Shown here one piece after another: positions 12,246 to 25,079 of a stretch of 64,000 nt of DNA. The stretch spans positions 5,518,001-5,582,000 of the forward strand of contig NC_083446.1 in NCBI RefSeq assembly GCF_020745735.1, given 5' to 3'. The translations under genes and the position numbers were made by a program. This DNA is from Hemiscyllium ocellatum (Eukaryota). The notes under the pieces were generated by a model, which saw only the letters and a list, made by a program, of their open reading frames with translations, did no database searches and had not been told where the DNA came from. Positions within the stretch are counted from its first letter, which is position 1, and every line of letters starts with the position of its first letter.

Positions 12246-13913
12246 GGGACGGCTGTAGGTTTTGCATGTGCTTTTTAAACCGTCAGGTTGGCAGATTTCC
12301 TTAAAGGGTATTGGGCCTCAGCCTGAGAGAATTGGTGAAATTGGCTTTAAGTTCTCGAATTATTATTTGAATTTAAATTCTGCCTGGGCGTGGTGGAATT
12401 TGATCCGGTCTGTCAACTCTTAGCCTCTGGGTTATTAGGTCAGTGATATTACCATCCATCTTCCCACTGCATTCCATCTCCCGGGAGGACCCTAATATCT
12501 GTGTGCAGCGCTCCGGATACCGCCTCGCTCTGACCCTGTGCGGTCGTTGTTTTTGCGCAGTCTCCCTCGTAGCATTTGCGTTTCCGCCCTTCGTCGCTCG
12601 CCAGCCCTGCGGGGGAACATCTTGAGGCGAACGCGAGGGGGGAATAGCAAGTGAGCACTCTGAGCGGGAGGAGGCCAACTGCCCCCCCCCCCCCCGGGCC
12701 TGCCCTGCCTTTCCATAAGATCGTGGCTAATCGTTTTGTGGACTCTGCTCCGTCCACCTGCCCGCTCACCATAATTCCTTTACTGTTTATAAACCTTTGT
12801 CTTAAAACCATTCAACATGGTAGTGTTACTGGGCAGGGAGTTCCACAGATTCCTAACCCTTAGAGTGAAGATGTACCTCCTCAGCTCAGCCCTAAACCTG
12901 CTCCCCAGTTTCCTCCCCTCCAGTGAAAACGATCTCCCTGCTTCTCTTGTATCTATCCCCTTCCACGTTTTCTATGTTTCTGTAAGACTTCCCCACCCCC
13001 ACCTCACTATTCTAAACTCCAATGAGTATAGTCTTAGTCTACTCCATAATCCAACCCCTCCCGACTCTGGAGTTAATCTGGTAGACCTCCTCTGTAGCTC
13101 CAGGACATCCACCCTGGCATAAAGGAGACCGAAACCGCACACCATACTCCAGGGTATGGCCTGCCCAGCACCCTGTACAGCTAGAGGGGGGGTCGCTGAA
13201 TGGGGGAAGCCTCAGAGTGCAAGACCATAGACCCCTGAGGGCAGGAGGCGGCAATGGCTGAAACTGCATGAGTGATACTCTCCTATTAGTGACTGTGGTG
13301 TAACGGATAAAGAGCCTGGGAGTTTACAGTTTTAAGAACAGCAGACTAGCACATTCTCCCCGTGTCTGTGTGCGGTTTCCTCCCACAGTCCAGAGATGTG
13401 CGGGTCAGGGTATATCAGCCACGCTGAATTGTCCCATAGCGTCCAGGGATGGGTTTGGGTAGCATACTCGTCGGAGGGTCAGTGTGGACATGTTGGGCTG
13501 AAGGGAACTGTTTCCACGCTGTTGGGATTTTATGAAGGGCTGTGTACAATTCTGGACACCGTCCTGGGGGCAGTGACAGGCTGGACGGATAAAGTGGGGA
13601 GGGGAGATGTAATCGAGGTGAGCGAGATCCTGGGTGGGTGGGTGGGGTCAGTCAGAGATGGTTCCATTGGCAGCAATACCCATAAAGCTGGGTCTCCGTT
13701 TTGAGAGGGGGGGTCGGGGAGAGCGGGGAACGGTGTCTGGGCCTGACCAGCCGAAGTTGTGACAGGCGCAGGATCTGGAGACTGAGACATTGGGCAGAAC
13801 AGCTGCCTCTTTCATGTTGCACCGCTCCCTGGGAGGGGGGAGGAATTTGTCATTCCTGTCCTGCCTTGTGTTACAATGATATCTGTTTGCAACCCCCTTC
13901 CCTCCCCCTGCAG

Positions 13914-14060
13914 GCGTACGTGGTGCTGGGACAGTTCCTAGTCCTGAAGAAGAACGAGGAACTCTTCAAAGAATGGCTGAAGGACACATGCCAGGCTAAC
14001 TCCAAGCAGTGCATCGACTGTCACACCTGTCTGCGGGAATGGTGTGACGCCTTCCTGTAA
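13914..14060 (+). CDS. BANF1: BANF1 coding exon 2 ([48 protein letters not shown]); protein 89 aa
   Basis: Polypyrimidine tract plus ctgcag acceptor; conserved [13 protein letters not shown] and [10 protein letters not shown]; TAA stop. Confidence 0.97.
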   Translation, partial: AYVVLGQFLVLKKNEELFKEWLKDTCQANSKQCIDCHTCLREWCDAFL

Positions 14061-14184
14061 ACCTCCTGGCCTCCACTCGCCCTCTCCCTTTATACTTTTA
14101 TTGATATTAAAATGACGTTAACTTATAGCTCTGTACCCAGCACCCCACCCCACCCCCGCCATGTAATTTCATTGTACTCCCTCA

Positions 14185-14372
14185 CCCTCTCTCTTTAGCG
14201 CTCTCCTTCCTTTAGCTCCCCTCCCCTTCCCCTCCCCCTCCCCTTCCCTCCCTCCCTCCTCTCTCCTCGCTCCCTCCCTCTCTCCTCGCTCCTCCCTCTC
14301 TCCTCCTCCCTCCCTCCCTCTCCCCTCTCCCCTCCCTCCCTCTCCCCTCCCCTCCCTCTCCCTCCCCCTCTC
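14185..14372. repeat. Polypyrimidine (CCCT/CT) low-complexity tract in the BANF1 3' UTR
   Basis: About 190 bp almost entirely C/T on the + strand. Confidence 0.85.
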
Positions 14373-14980
14373 ACGTGGTGGAGGGTGGGGGGGAAATTGC
14401 AATGGACAGGCTCCCAATCTAAGAATGACTGACCTGCAGGGACTGCTGTCCTGCAGCCCCCTGTCAATACACTGACCTCTCTCCTGGCATGACCACTTTT
14501 TAAAAGCCCCTGCCCCTTCTGAGTGACCCTGCTTCGCGCCCCCCCCCCCCCTCCTGTTCCAAGCACAGGTCCTCCACCGGATCGGGCAGAGTTCAGCGTG
14601 TGCGCCTCACTGTGTGGAGGAGAGGGGTGTGTTTAGGTGGAGTGGTGTGCCCTCTCTCTTTCCCCCTCTGCCTAGTGAACAGCTGTGTCCCCACCACTGC
14701 TCCCTCCCAGAGCTGTCCATAGTCGTGTACACTGTTCAATACCTAGCTATCAACTCCCTCGGTGGCCAATCAGCTGGGCCTTTTCCCCTTTCTGCATGCG
14801 TGAGAACTGCCGTGCTTTTCAGTGCTGGGAGGAAGGAGTGCTGGATTGTTTCTGTTTAGTTTCTCTGCCCTACTGTGAGCCATTTTATCTGTTCTTAAAG
14901 CTGAGCTGCTTCTCCTTGGCTCTGATATCCCCTAGTGCCCTGCGCGGTGTCGTTTGGAAGTGTGTTATTAAATTTTATAT

Positions 14981-14986
14981 AATAAA
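14981..14986 (+). terminator. Probable BANF1 polyadenylation signal AATAAA
   Basis: AATAAA in AT-rich context about 0.9 kb after the stop; an ATTAAA at about 14106 is an alternative. Confidence 0.5.
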
Positions 14987-15292
14987 ACATATTAAAATTT
15001 CTCAGGAGTGCATGTGCACCTGCTGATGTCCTGGTCTGCTTTTATTTCACAAGAAATGACCTTAACACAAACGGAAGCTGTAAATGCAGCTTGGCTCGCT
15101 TAATTTACTAGTGTCACGTGTGATTAGAGACACTGAAGAGCTCCGTTTTGTGTGCACTACAGGCATACCATCCATAGGGTGATAGAGCAGAGCAAGGAAT
15201 ACAATGTTCCCCCTGCTGAAAAGGTGCACAGAGAGCGAGACCAACATTAGGTTTACAATTTGAGAAGCCTGGTCTTAAATCTGTCAGCCTGT

Positions 15293-15700
15293 GCTCAAAG
15301 TTTGTGAGAAGATTTGTAGCTCGGGTGCTCGTTGTTGTGGTTCTGTTTGCCGAGCTGGGAATTTGTGTTGCAAACGTTTCATCCCCTGTCTAGGTGACAC
15401 CCTCAGTGCTTGGGAGCCTCCTGTGAAGCGCTTCTGTGATGTTTCCTCCAGTATTTATAGTGGTTTGTCTCAGCCGCTTCCGGTTGTCAGTTCCAGCTGT
15501 CCTGCTGCAGTGGCCGGTTCTATCAACAAACACATCGACCTGGACCCACTGCAGCGGACAGCTGGAACTGACAACCGGAAGCGGCAGAGACAAACCACTA
15601 TAAATGCCGGAGGAAACATCACAGAAGCGCTTCACAGGAGGCTCCCAAGCACTGAGGATGTCACCTAGACAGGGGACGAAACGTCTGCAACACAAATTCA
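15293..15700. mobile_element. Palindromic non-autonomous Penelope-like element (family B), hammerhead motif on each arm
   Basis: About 15360-15510 is the reverse complement of about 15550-15698; a related single-arm copy lies at about 16897-17143 inside a CR1 fragment. Confidence 0.7.
15649..15688 (+). ncRNA. Minimal hammerhead ribozyme motif (family B)
   Basis: gca-CUGAGGA-u-gucaccu(agac)aggggac-GAAA-c-GUC-ugc. Confidence 0.68.
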
Positions 15701-16950
15701 GTCTGTGTTTTGAGCTTTTGACAGAAGAGGCTGGGAGAGATTATAACCGGGGTGGGTGGTGTCTTTGATGTCGGCTGCCTTTCTGAGGCAATGGGATGTG
15801 TAGATGGAGTTAAAGGTGGGTTTGTGTGATTGGTATGGGCTGTGTTCACGGCCCCCTGGAGTTTCTCACGGCCCTGGGCAGAGCAGTGTCTGTAAGGATG
15901 CATCCGGATACGACGGTTTTCCATGGTTCATCTGTAAAAGCAGGTGAAAGTCCTTCTGGACGTGCCAAACTTGCTGAGCCTCCTGAGGATGAAGGGGTGT
16001 TGTACCTTCCAGCTGATAACTAGAAGGGGCCAGGAACTATCCCCCTTTTCCAAGGGCGATCTTGCTGATGTCCCACAGTGGCTGGAGCCTGGAAGCTTCT
16101 GCAAGATGGTGGAGACCAACAGGTTCAGGAATAGTTTCTTCCCTGCTAAACTTGTATTCGAGCTGCGTTTGATTTTGTATTTTAGATTTTGCCCCTGGGG
16201 TGGCAGCTTGTGGAATACTGCAGCGATCAGTGCTGTTATTCCCTGTGGATTTGGAAGAGGGAAGTTGCTGGGACCTTGACTAAGATCTTTATCTCCTTAT
16301 TAGCCACTGAAGAGGTCCCAGAGCACTGGCAAGTAGCTAATGTTCCTCTATTCAAGAAGGGAATAGGGATAATTCAGGAAAGTCTAGACCGGTGAGTCTG
16401 TCATCAAGGGTTGGGACAAACTCTTGACCAGAATTCTGATTTATGCGGGTTTGGAAAAGCATAGCCAAATTAGGGACAGTCAGCACAGCTTTGTTCAGGA
16501 CCGCTCATGGCCAGGGAGATGACAAAAGGTAATCGATGAGGGTGGAGCAGTGGATTTGGGTTTGAGTAAGGCTTTCAACAAGGTCTCCCGCGGTAGGGTC
16601 AGACAGGAGTCTAGGATGGGTGGGATACGCGGTGACTTGGCTTTGTGGGTTCAGAATTGACTCGCCCATAGAAGGAAGAGAGGGTCATGGTGGGAGGGAG
16701 TCTTTCAGGCTGAGTGGACCGTGACACTCTTACAGAGCATCACTGGGACCTCAGCAATTTGAGAGATATGTAAATGATGACGAAAATGTAGACAGTACAA
16801 AGAGCAGTGGAGTTGGGGGGTTAGTGTAGAATAGGTCAGTCGCTGATGTGGACGGAGATATGGCAGATGGAGTTTAATCTGGGCAAGTGCGAGGTGCTCA
16901 AAGTTTGTGAGAAGACTTGTAGCTCGTTCGCCGAGCTGGGAATTTGTGTT

Positions 16951-16990
16951 GCAGACGTTTCGTCCCCTGTCTAGGTGACATCCTCAGTGC
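16951..16990 (-). ncRNA. Minimal hammerhead ribozyme motif (family B)
   Basis: Reverse complement is identical to the motif at 15649-15688. Confidence 0.68.
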
Positions 16991-18889
16991 TTGGGAGCCT
17001 CCTGTGAAGCGCTTCTGTGATGTTTCCTCCGGCATTTATAGTGGTTTGTCTCTGCCGCTTCCGGTTGTCAGTTGCTGTCCGCTGCAGCGGGTCCAGGTCG
17101 ATAGTTTGTTGACAGAATCTGTGGATGAGTACCATGCCTCTAGGAAGTGTGAGGTGCTGCACTTCGGGTAATCAAATGTTGAGGAAAAGGTTTTAAGTTA
17201 GTGGCAGCCTCCTACCACTGTTACAACAAAACTTGCCTCAAGCACCACCTTTGAACTTTCCCCTCTCACCTTAAATGCGTGTGCCCTGATTTTAGACATT
17301 TCAACTCTGGGTGAGGGGAGGAAAGAGGTGGAATTCTGACCGTCAGCCCTATCTATGCATCTCCTAATTTTATAGACCTCTATCAAGTCTGCCCTCAGCC
17401 TCCAGAGAAAACAACCTGAGTTTTTCTAGCTTCTCCTTATAGCTCATACCCTTTAATCCAAAGCCTCGTAATGTGACCAGAACTGACCACAATCCTCATA
17501 AGTGTGGCTGAATCAAAGAGGTAGTCGCAAAGTGCTCTAAGGATTCTCGACGAGCAAAGGGGTTGAAGAGTCAGCGGACAGGAGTAAAGAGTTCAGCCAC
17601 GATCTACGTTGAGGGGCAGAACGGCCGACATCTGTATGTTTCTGAGAATAGTCTGCAGCCAATTGAAAAGGCAAAAGTGAGGACTGCAGATGCTGGAGAT
17701 CAGAGTCCATGGCGCTGGAAAAGCACAGCAGGTCAGGCAGCATCCGGGGGTTTTGGAAGGTTCTGGAAAAAGGCCAGCACTGATCTGATGGGCTGCAATC
17801 TTCCACGCCCTGCCTGAGCCGAGGCCTCTGTCTCGCTCAGAGGCTGGTGCACCTTCAGAATTCGGTGCCCTGGTGGAGTTCAGTCCGCCTGAGACCACCA
17901 AGAAGGAGTTCAGTGTAGGACAGCCGGAATCTCGCTCAACGGGGTGGATAGCAGGCACCGAGGGGGCCAAATGGCCTACTTCTGCTGGTGGTCAGAATCG
18001 TACATCATGGAAACAGACCAAACCCGTCCAAATTTCCCAAACTAAATGAGTCCCGTTTGCCTGCATTTGGCCTCTATCCTTCCAAAGTGTTCATCTTTAT
18101 ACACCTGTCCAAATATCTTTTAAATGTTGTAACTCATCTATCTCTTCCTTTGGTTTTCCTGATTTACTTAATTAAATTCTTAATTCCAGATTTTTAAAAT
18201 TATTGTTGAATTCAAATTCCACCATCTGCCTTAGCAGGATTCGAACCTGGGTCCCCAGCATATTACCTGGGAGCAACAGCCCCGCGATAATATCACGAGG
18301 CTGTCTCCTGCCCCCTTTTTTTTGGGCCCCTCGTGATTTTATAAATCTCTACAAGAGTCGCCTCTCACTCCAGTGTCGGAAAAAATAGTCACAGCCTCTC
18401 CTCGTAACTCAAAACTCTCCAGTCCTGGCAACGTCCTGGTAAATCTCTTCCGTATCCTCTCCGGTTTAATGATATCGCTTCCTGGAGTGGGAATCTTGAA
18501 ATTGAATGGGGTAGGGAGCATGGAAATTGGTGGAGGGTAGAGTAACCATCCCCACCCCCAGTGACACACGCAAACCATCCAGGCAGGGAGAGTTAGGCCA
18601 GGAGGTCACAATGGACTGACACCATAAAGGTTGACCCCTCCTCCCCACCCCACCCCACCCCACCCCACTGTCCCCTCCCCTCCCACTCATTGTGACTGGG
18701 ACCTAGGCCTCAGTGAAGACAATAGCTCACGGACCCCAAGAGCCAGCGGTGACTGTGCGTATCACTGACACAGAAGGCTAACCTCCAACCTGTTGGTGTA
18801 GACACCACCCTCCCGCACTGGCGAGCTGAAATGGAGCTAAGGACGACCACTGTCCCCAACTTGAATGTGGATAAAGGTAGGTCAAACTC

Positions 18890-19476
18890 CACCGTCCCCA
18901 TCCAACACTCCCAGAATGGGAGTGGGGGTTAGATACAGAGTAAAGCTTCCTCTACACTGTTCCCCATCCAACACTCCCGGAATAGGGGGGTTAAATACAG
19001 AATAAGGCTGCCTCTTCACTCTCCTCCATCAAACACTCACAGAATGGGGGTGTCCCCTCTATGCTGTCCCCCACTCAACACTCCTAGGACGGGCAAGTTA
19101 GATACAAAGTAAAGCTTCCTGTACACTATCCCCCATCAAGCACTCCCAGAATGGGAGGGTTAGATACAGAGTAAAGCTGCCTCTATACTGTCCCCCCGTT
19201 AAACACTCTCAGGACAGGGACAGCATGGGGTTAGATACAGAGTAAAGCTCCCTCTACACTGTCCCTCTATCAAACACTCCAAGGACAGGGATAGCACGGG
19301 GTTAGATACAGAGTAAAGCTCCCTCTACACTGTCCCCCATCAAACACTCCCCAGGACAGGGATAGCACGGGGTTAGATACAGGGTAAAGCTCTCTCTACA
19401 CTGTCCCCCATCAAACACTCCCCAGGACAGAGATAGCACGGGGTTAGATACAGAGTAAAGCTCCCTCTACACTGTC
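18890..19476. repeat. 70-bp minisatellite (ggttagatacagagtaaagctccctctacactgtcccccatcaaacactcccaggacagggacagcacgg), about 8 units
   Basis: Tandem copies, more degenerate toward the left end. Confidence 0.9.
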
Positions 19477-19817
19477 ACAGAAAATAAGAGTAGGCCATTC
19501 AGCTCTTTGAGTCTGCCTCTCCCTTCAATACGATCGTGTCCATCTGATCATCCCTCACACAGTCTCCTGTTCCTGCTTTCTCCTCCCCGTAGACTTTGAT
19601 CCCTTTAGCCCTGAGAACGAGATCCAAATCCTTCCTGAAAACGTTCAATGTTTCAGCCCCAACCCCTGTCTGTGACAGAGAATCCCACAGGCTCCCCCCG
19701 CGCCCCCCACCCACCACTCTCTGGGGGAAGACATTTCTCCCCATCTCAGTATGAGATGGCCCCCACCCTGCCATCCTTAGACTGTGACAGATCCTGTCTG
19801 GTCCTGTTAGAAGTGTG

Positions 19818-20098
19818 GGTGGCACGGTGGCACAGTGGTTAGCCCTGCTGCCTCACAGCACCAGAGACCCAGGTTCAATTCCCGCCTCAGGGTGACTGTC
19901 TGTGTGGAGTTTGCACGTTCTCCCCGTGTCTGCGTGGGTGTGCTCCGGTTTCCTCCCACAATCCAAAAATGTGCAGGTTAGGTGAATTGGCCGTGCTAAA
20001 TTGCCCGTAGTGTTTGGTGAAGGGGGGATTGGGTTGCTTCTTGGAGGGTCGGTGTGGACTTGTTGGGCCGAAGGGCCTGTTTCCACACTGTAAGTAAT
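19818..20098 (+). mobile_element. HE1-type V-SINE
   Basis: ggcacggtggcacagtggttagc head, B box ggttcaattcc, core and tail. Confidence 0.85.
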
Positions 20099-23000
20099 TT
20101 TGTAGGTTGCTATGAGATATTCCTCATTCTTCTAGATCCCAGTGAATATAATCCTAACCGATACACTCTCTCTTCGTCTGTCAGTCCTGCCATCCCGGGA
20201 ACCTTCTCTGAACTCCCTCCATCACTGGAACATCCTTCCTCAGATACGGAGATCCCCAAACTGCAGACAGTACCCCAGGGGGCGGTCTCACCCTGTCCAA
20301 TGGCAGCAAGACATCCCTGCTCCTGTACTCTGTCTCTCTTGCTGTGAAGGCCAATATACAGTTGACCTTCTTCCCTGCCTGCTGCCCCCCTGTAAGGCTT
20401 CCCTTCAGCGACTGGTGTACAGGGACACCAAGGCTTCACTGCACCTCCCTCCCCCCATTCCCAATCACCAATTCCGGTAATAATCCACCTTCCTGCGTTT
20501 TCCCCCCCAAAGTGAATACCCTCACACTGATCCCCATTATCCTGTATCTGCCGTGCACTTATCCACTCTCTGGGTCCCACTGAAACTGTTCTGTGCCCTC
20601 AGCCTCCCACCCCAGCTTTGTGTCGTCTGCAAACGTAGCGATATCGCGTTTCGTTCCCTCGTTGCCGTCCTTAATATATTATTGTGTCTAGCTGGGGACT
20701 GATCCCTGTGGGCCCCCACTAGTCACTGGCTGGCTCTCTATTCCTGCTCTTTGTGTGTGTGTGTGTGTGTGTGTGTGTCTGTCTGTGTCTCTATCTGGGT
20801 CAGTACAGTATCCCAATCCCATATGCTTTTGCCTGCTAACTTCCTGTGTGGGATCTTAATAAAAACCTTCTCAAACTCCAAGAAAGCAACATGTGCTGGC
20901 TCCCCCTGATCAACACCACCAGCTACACCCTCGGAAAGTGCCAGTCGACTTGTCAAACGTGATTTCCCGATGGTAAATCCAGGCTGATCCTGCCGAATCC
21001 TGCTGCTCGTTTCCATCAGCTTAATCAATCTTTTATACCGGACTCTTGCATTTCCCAGAATACTGATGTCAGGTTGACCGGGGAATGGCTCGGTGGTTAG
21101 CACCGCTGCCTCGTGGTGCCAGGGTTCAGACCCACCCTTTGGTGATTGTCTCTGTGGAGTTGCACAATCTCCCCCGTGTCTGAGGGTTCCCTCTGGGTGT
21201 TCCAGTTTCCTCCCACCGTCCAAAGATGTGCAGGTTAGAGTGGATTGGCCAAACTAAAATGTCCCATAGTGCCCAGGGATGTGCAGATTAGAGTGGATTG
21301 GCCATGCTAAATTGTCCCATAGTGCCCAGGGATGTGCAGGTTAGGGTGGATTGGCCGTGCTAAATTGTCCCATAGTGCCCAGGGATGTGCAGGTCAGAGT
21401 GGATTGGCCGTGCTAAATTGTCCCATAGTGCCCAGGGATGTGCAGGTTAGGGTGGATTGGCCGTGCTAAATTGTCCTATACTGCCCAGGGATGTGCAGGT
21501 TAGGGTGGATTGGCCGTGCTAAATTGTCCCATAGTGCCCAGGGATGTGCAGGTTAGGGTGGATTGGCCGTGCTAAATTGTCCCATAGTGCCCAGGGATGT
21601 GCAGGTTAGGGTGGATTGGCCGTGCTAAATTGTCCCATAGTGCCCAGGGATGTGCAGGTTAGGGTGGATTGGCCGTGCTAAATTGTCCTATACTGCCCAG
21701 GGATCTGCAGGTTAGGGTGGATTGGCCGTGCTAAATTGTCCCATAGTGCCCAGGGATGTGCAGGTTAGGGTGGATTGGCCGTGCTAAATTGTCCCATAGT
21801 GCCCAGGGATGTGCAGGTTAGGGTGGATTGGCCGTGCTAGATTGTCCCATTGTGTCCAGGGATGTGCAGGTTAGGGTGGATTGGCCATGCTAAATTGACC
21901 CATTGTGTCCAGGGATGTGCAGGTTAGGGTGGATTGGCCATGCTAAATTGACCCCTAATGCTCAGGGATGTGCAGGTTAGGGTGGATTGGCCGTGCTAAA
22001 TTGTCCCATAGTGCCCAGGGATGTGTAGTTTAGGGTGGGTTGGCTGTGCTAAATTGTCCCATAGTGCCCAGGGATGTGCAGGTCAGAGTGGATTGGCCGT
22101 GCTAAATTGTCCCATAGTGCCCAGGGATGTGCAGGTTAGGGTGGATTGGCCGTGCTAAATTGTCCTATACTGCCCAGGGATCTGCAGGTTAGGGTGGATT
22201 GGCCGTGCTAAATTGTCCCATAGTGCCCAGGGATGTGCAGGTTAGGGTGGATTGGCCGTGCTAAATTGTCCCATAGTGCCCAGGGATGTGCAGGTTAGGG
22301 TGGATTGGCCGTGCTAAATTGTCCCATAGTGCCCAGGGATGTGCAGGTTAGGGTGGATTGGCCGTGCTAAATTGTCCTATACTGCCCAGGGATCTGCAGG
22401 TTAGGGTGGATTGGCCGTGCTAAATTGTCCCATAGTGCCCAGGGATGTGCAGGTTAGGGTGGATTGGCCGTGCTAAATTGTCCCATAGTGCCCAGGGATA
22501 TGCAGGTTAGGGTGGATTGGCCGTGCTAGATTGTCCCATTGTGTCAAGGGATGTGCAGGTTAGGGTGGATTGGCCATGCTAAATTGACCCCTAATGCTCA
22601 GGGATGTGCAGGTTAGGGTGGATTGGCCGTGCTAAATTGTCCCATAGTGCCCAGGGATGTGTAGTTTAGGGTGGGTTGGCTGTGCTAAATTGTCCCATAG
22701 TGCCCAGGGATGTGTAGGTTAGGGTGGATTGGCCGTGCTAAATTGTCCCATAGTGCCCAGGGATGTGCAGGTTAGGGTGGATTGGCCGTACTAAATTGTC
22801 GCATAGTGCCCAGGGACGTGCAGGTTAGGATGGATTGGCCGTGCTAAATTGTCCCATAGTGTCCAGCGATGTGCAGGTTAGGATGGATTGGCCGTGCTAA
22901 ATTGTCCCATAGTGTCCAGGGATGTGCAGGTTAGGGTGGATTGGCCGTGCTAAATTGTCCCATAGTGCCCAGGGATGTGCAGGTTAGGGTGGATTGGCCG

Positions 23001-23645
23001 TGCTAGATTGTCCCATTATGTCCAGGGATGTGCAGGTTAGGGTGGATTGACCGTGCTAAATTGTCCCATAGTGTCCAGGGATGTGCAGGTTAGGGTGGAT
23101 TGGCCATGCTAAATTGACCCCTAATGCTCAGGGATGTGTAGGTTAGAGTGGATTGGCCGTGCTAAATTGTCCCATAGTGCCCAGGGATGTGTAGGTTAGG
23201 GTGGATTGTCCGTGCTAAATTGTCCCATAGTGCCCAGGGATGCGCAGGTTAGGGTGGATTGGCCGTACTAAATTGTCCCATAGTGCCCAGGGACGTGCAG
23301 GTTAGGATGGATTGGCCGTGCTAAATTGTCCCATAGTGTCCAGGGATGTGCAGTTTAGGATGGATTGGCCGTGCTAAATTGTCCCATAGTGCCCAGGGAT
23401 GTGCAGGTTAGGGTGGATTGGCCATGCTAAATTGTCCCATAGTGCCCAGGGATGTGCAGGTTAGGGTGGATTGGCTGTGCTAAATTGTCCCATAGTGCCC
23501 AGGGATGTGCAGGTTAGGGTGGATTGGCCGTGCTAAATTGTCCCATAGTGCCCTGGGATGTGCAGGTTAGGGTGGATTGGCTGTGCTAAATTGTCCCATA
23601 GTGCCCAGGGATGTGCAGGTTAGGGTGGGTTGGCTGTGCTAAATT

Positions 23646-25079
23646 CTGGATCAGAGTGGTGCTGGAAAAGCACAACAGGTCAGGCAGCATCTGAGGAGCA
23701 GGAAAATCTTGGACAGAAGCCTTTCATCAGGAATAAAGGCAGAGAGCTGGAAGCGCGGAGAGATAAGCTAGAGGAGGGTGGGGGTGGGGGTGGGGGTGGG
23801 GGTGGGGAGAGAGTAGCATAGAGTACAATAGGTGAGTGGGGGAGGGGATGAAGGTGATAGGTCAGGGAGGAGGGTGAGGGAAGGTAGCAAATAGTACAAT
23901 AGGTGAATGGGGGTGAGATGAAGGTGATAGGTCAGGGAGGAGGGTGGAGTGGATAGGTGGGAAGGAAGATAGGCAGGTAAGACAGGTCATGAGGAAGGCT
24001 GCAGCTGGGGTGAGGTGGAGGAAGGGGAAATGCGGAAACTGTTGAAGTCCACATTAGTGCCCTGGGGTTGAAGTGTTCCAATGTGGAAGATGAGGCGTTC
24101 TTCGTCCAGGCGTCGGGTGGTGAGGGAGCGGCGGTGAAGGAGGCCCAGGACCTCCATGTCCTCGGTAGAGTGGGAGGGAGAGTTGAAATGTTGGGCCACA
24201 GACCCATGGGGTTGTTTGGTGCAGGTCCACGCCCCCCTACAACCCACCCTCCTATCCTGGCACCTTCCCCTGTCACCGCAGGAACTGTAAAACCTGTGCC
24301 CACACCTCCTCCCTCACCTCCATCCAAGGCCCTAAAGGAGCATTCCACATCCATCAAAGTTTTACCTGCACATCCACTAATATCATTTATTGTATCCGTT
24401 GCTCCCGATTCGGTCTCCTCTACATTGGGGAGACTGGACGCCTCCTAGCTGAGTGCTTTAGGGAACATCTCCGGGACACCCGCACCAATCAACCACACCG
24501 CCCCGTGGCCCAACATTTCAACTCCCCCTCCCACTCTGCCAAGGACATGGAGGTCCTGGGCCTCCTTCACCGCCGCTCCCTCACTACCAGACGCCTGGAG
24601 GAAGAATACCTCATCTTCCGCCTCAGAACACTTCAATGTGGACTTCAACAGTTTCCTAATTTCCCCTTCCCCCACCTCACGTCAGCTTCAGCCTTCCAGC
24701 TCAGCCCCGCCCCATGACCTGTCCTACCTGCCTATCTTCCTTTCCACCTATCCACTCCACCCTCCTCTCTGACCTATCACCTTCATCCCCACCCCCATCC
24801 ACCCTTTGTACTCTTTGCTACCTTCCCCCACCCTCCTCCCTGACTTATTAACTTCTTCCCCTCCCCCACTCACCTATTGTACTCTTTGCTGCTTTCTCCC
24901 CACCCCCACCCACCACACATTTATCCCTCCACCCCTCCGGCTCTCTGCCTGCACTCCTGATGAAGGGCTTCTGCCCAAAACGTCGATTTTCCTGCTCCTT
25001 GGAAGCTGCCTGACCTGCTGTGATTTTCCAGCACCACACTAATCCAGGTTCTGGTTTCCAGCGTCTGCAGTCATTGTTC
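23646..25079. mobile_element. Penelope-like insertion with inverted halves (copy 1)
   Basis: GIY-YIG C-terminus on - (about 23990-24210) and on + (about 24330-24660); termini point outward; mutated hammerhead at about 24955-24990. Confidence 0.82.

Noticed and set aside
12480-12680. Telomerase RNA or RNase MRP RNA
   Set aside because: No CUAACCCU template, pseudoknot pairing or MRP conserved regions could be found by eye.
14010-14024. CxxCH (CIDCH) heme-c motif in BANF1
   Set aside because: Chance result of two substitutions in a helix of a nuclear/cytosolic protein with no route to heme-c attachment; at most extra redox-sensitive cysteines.
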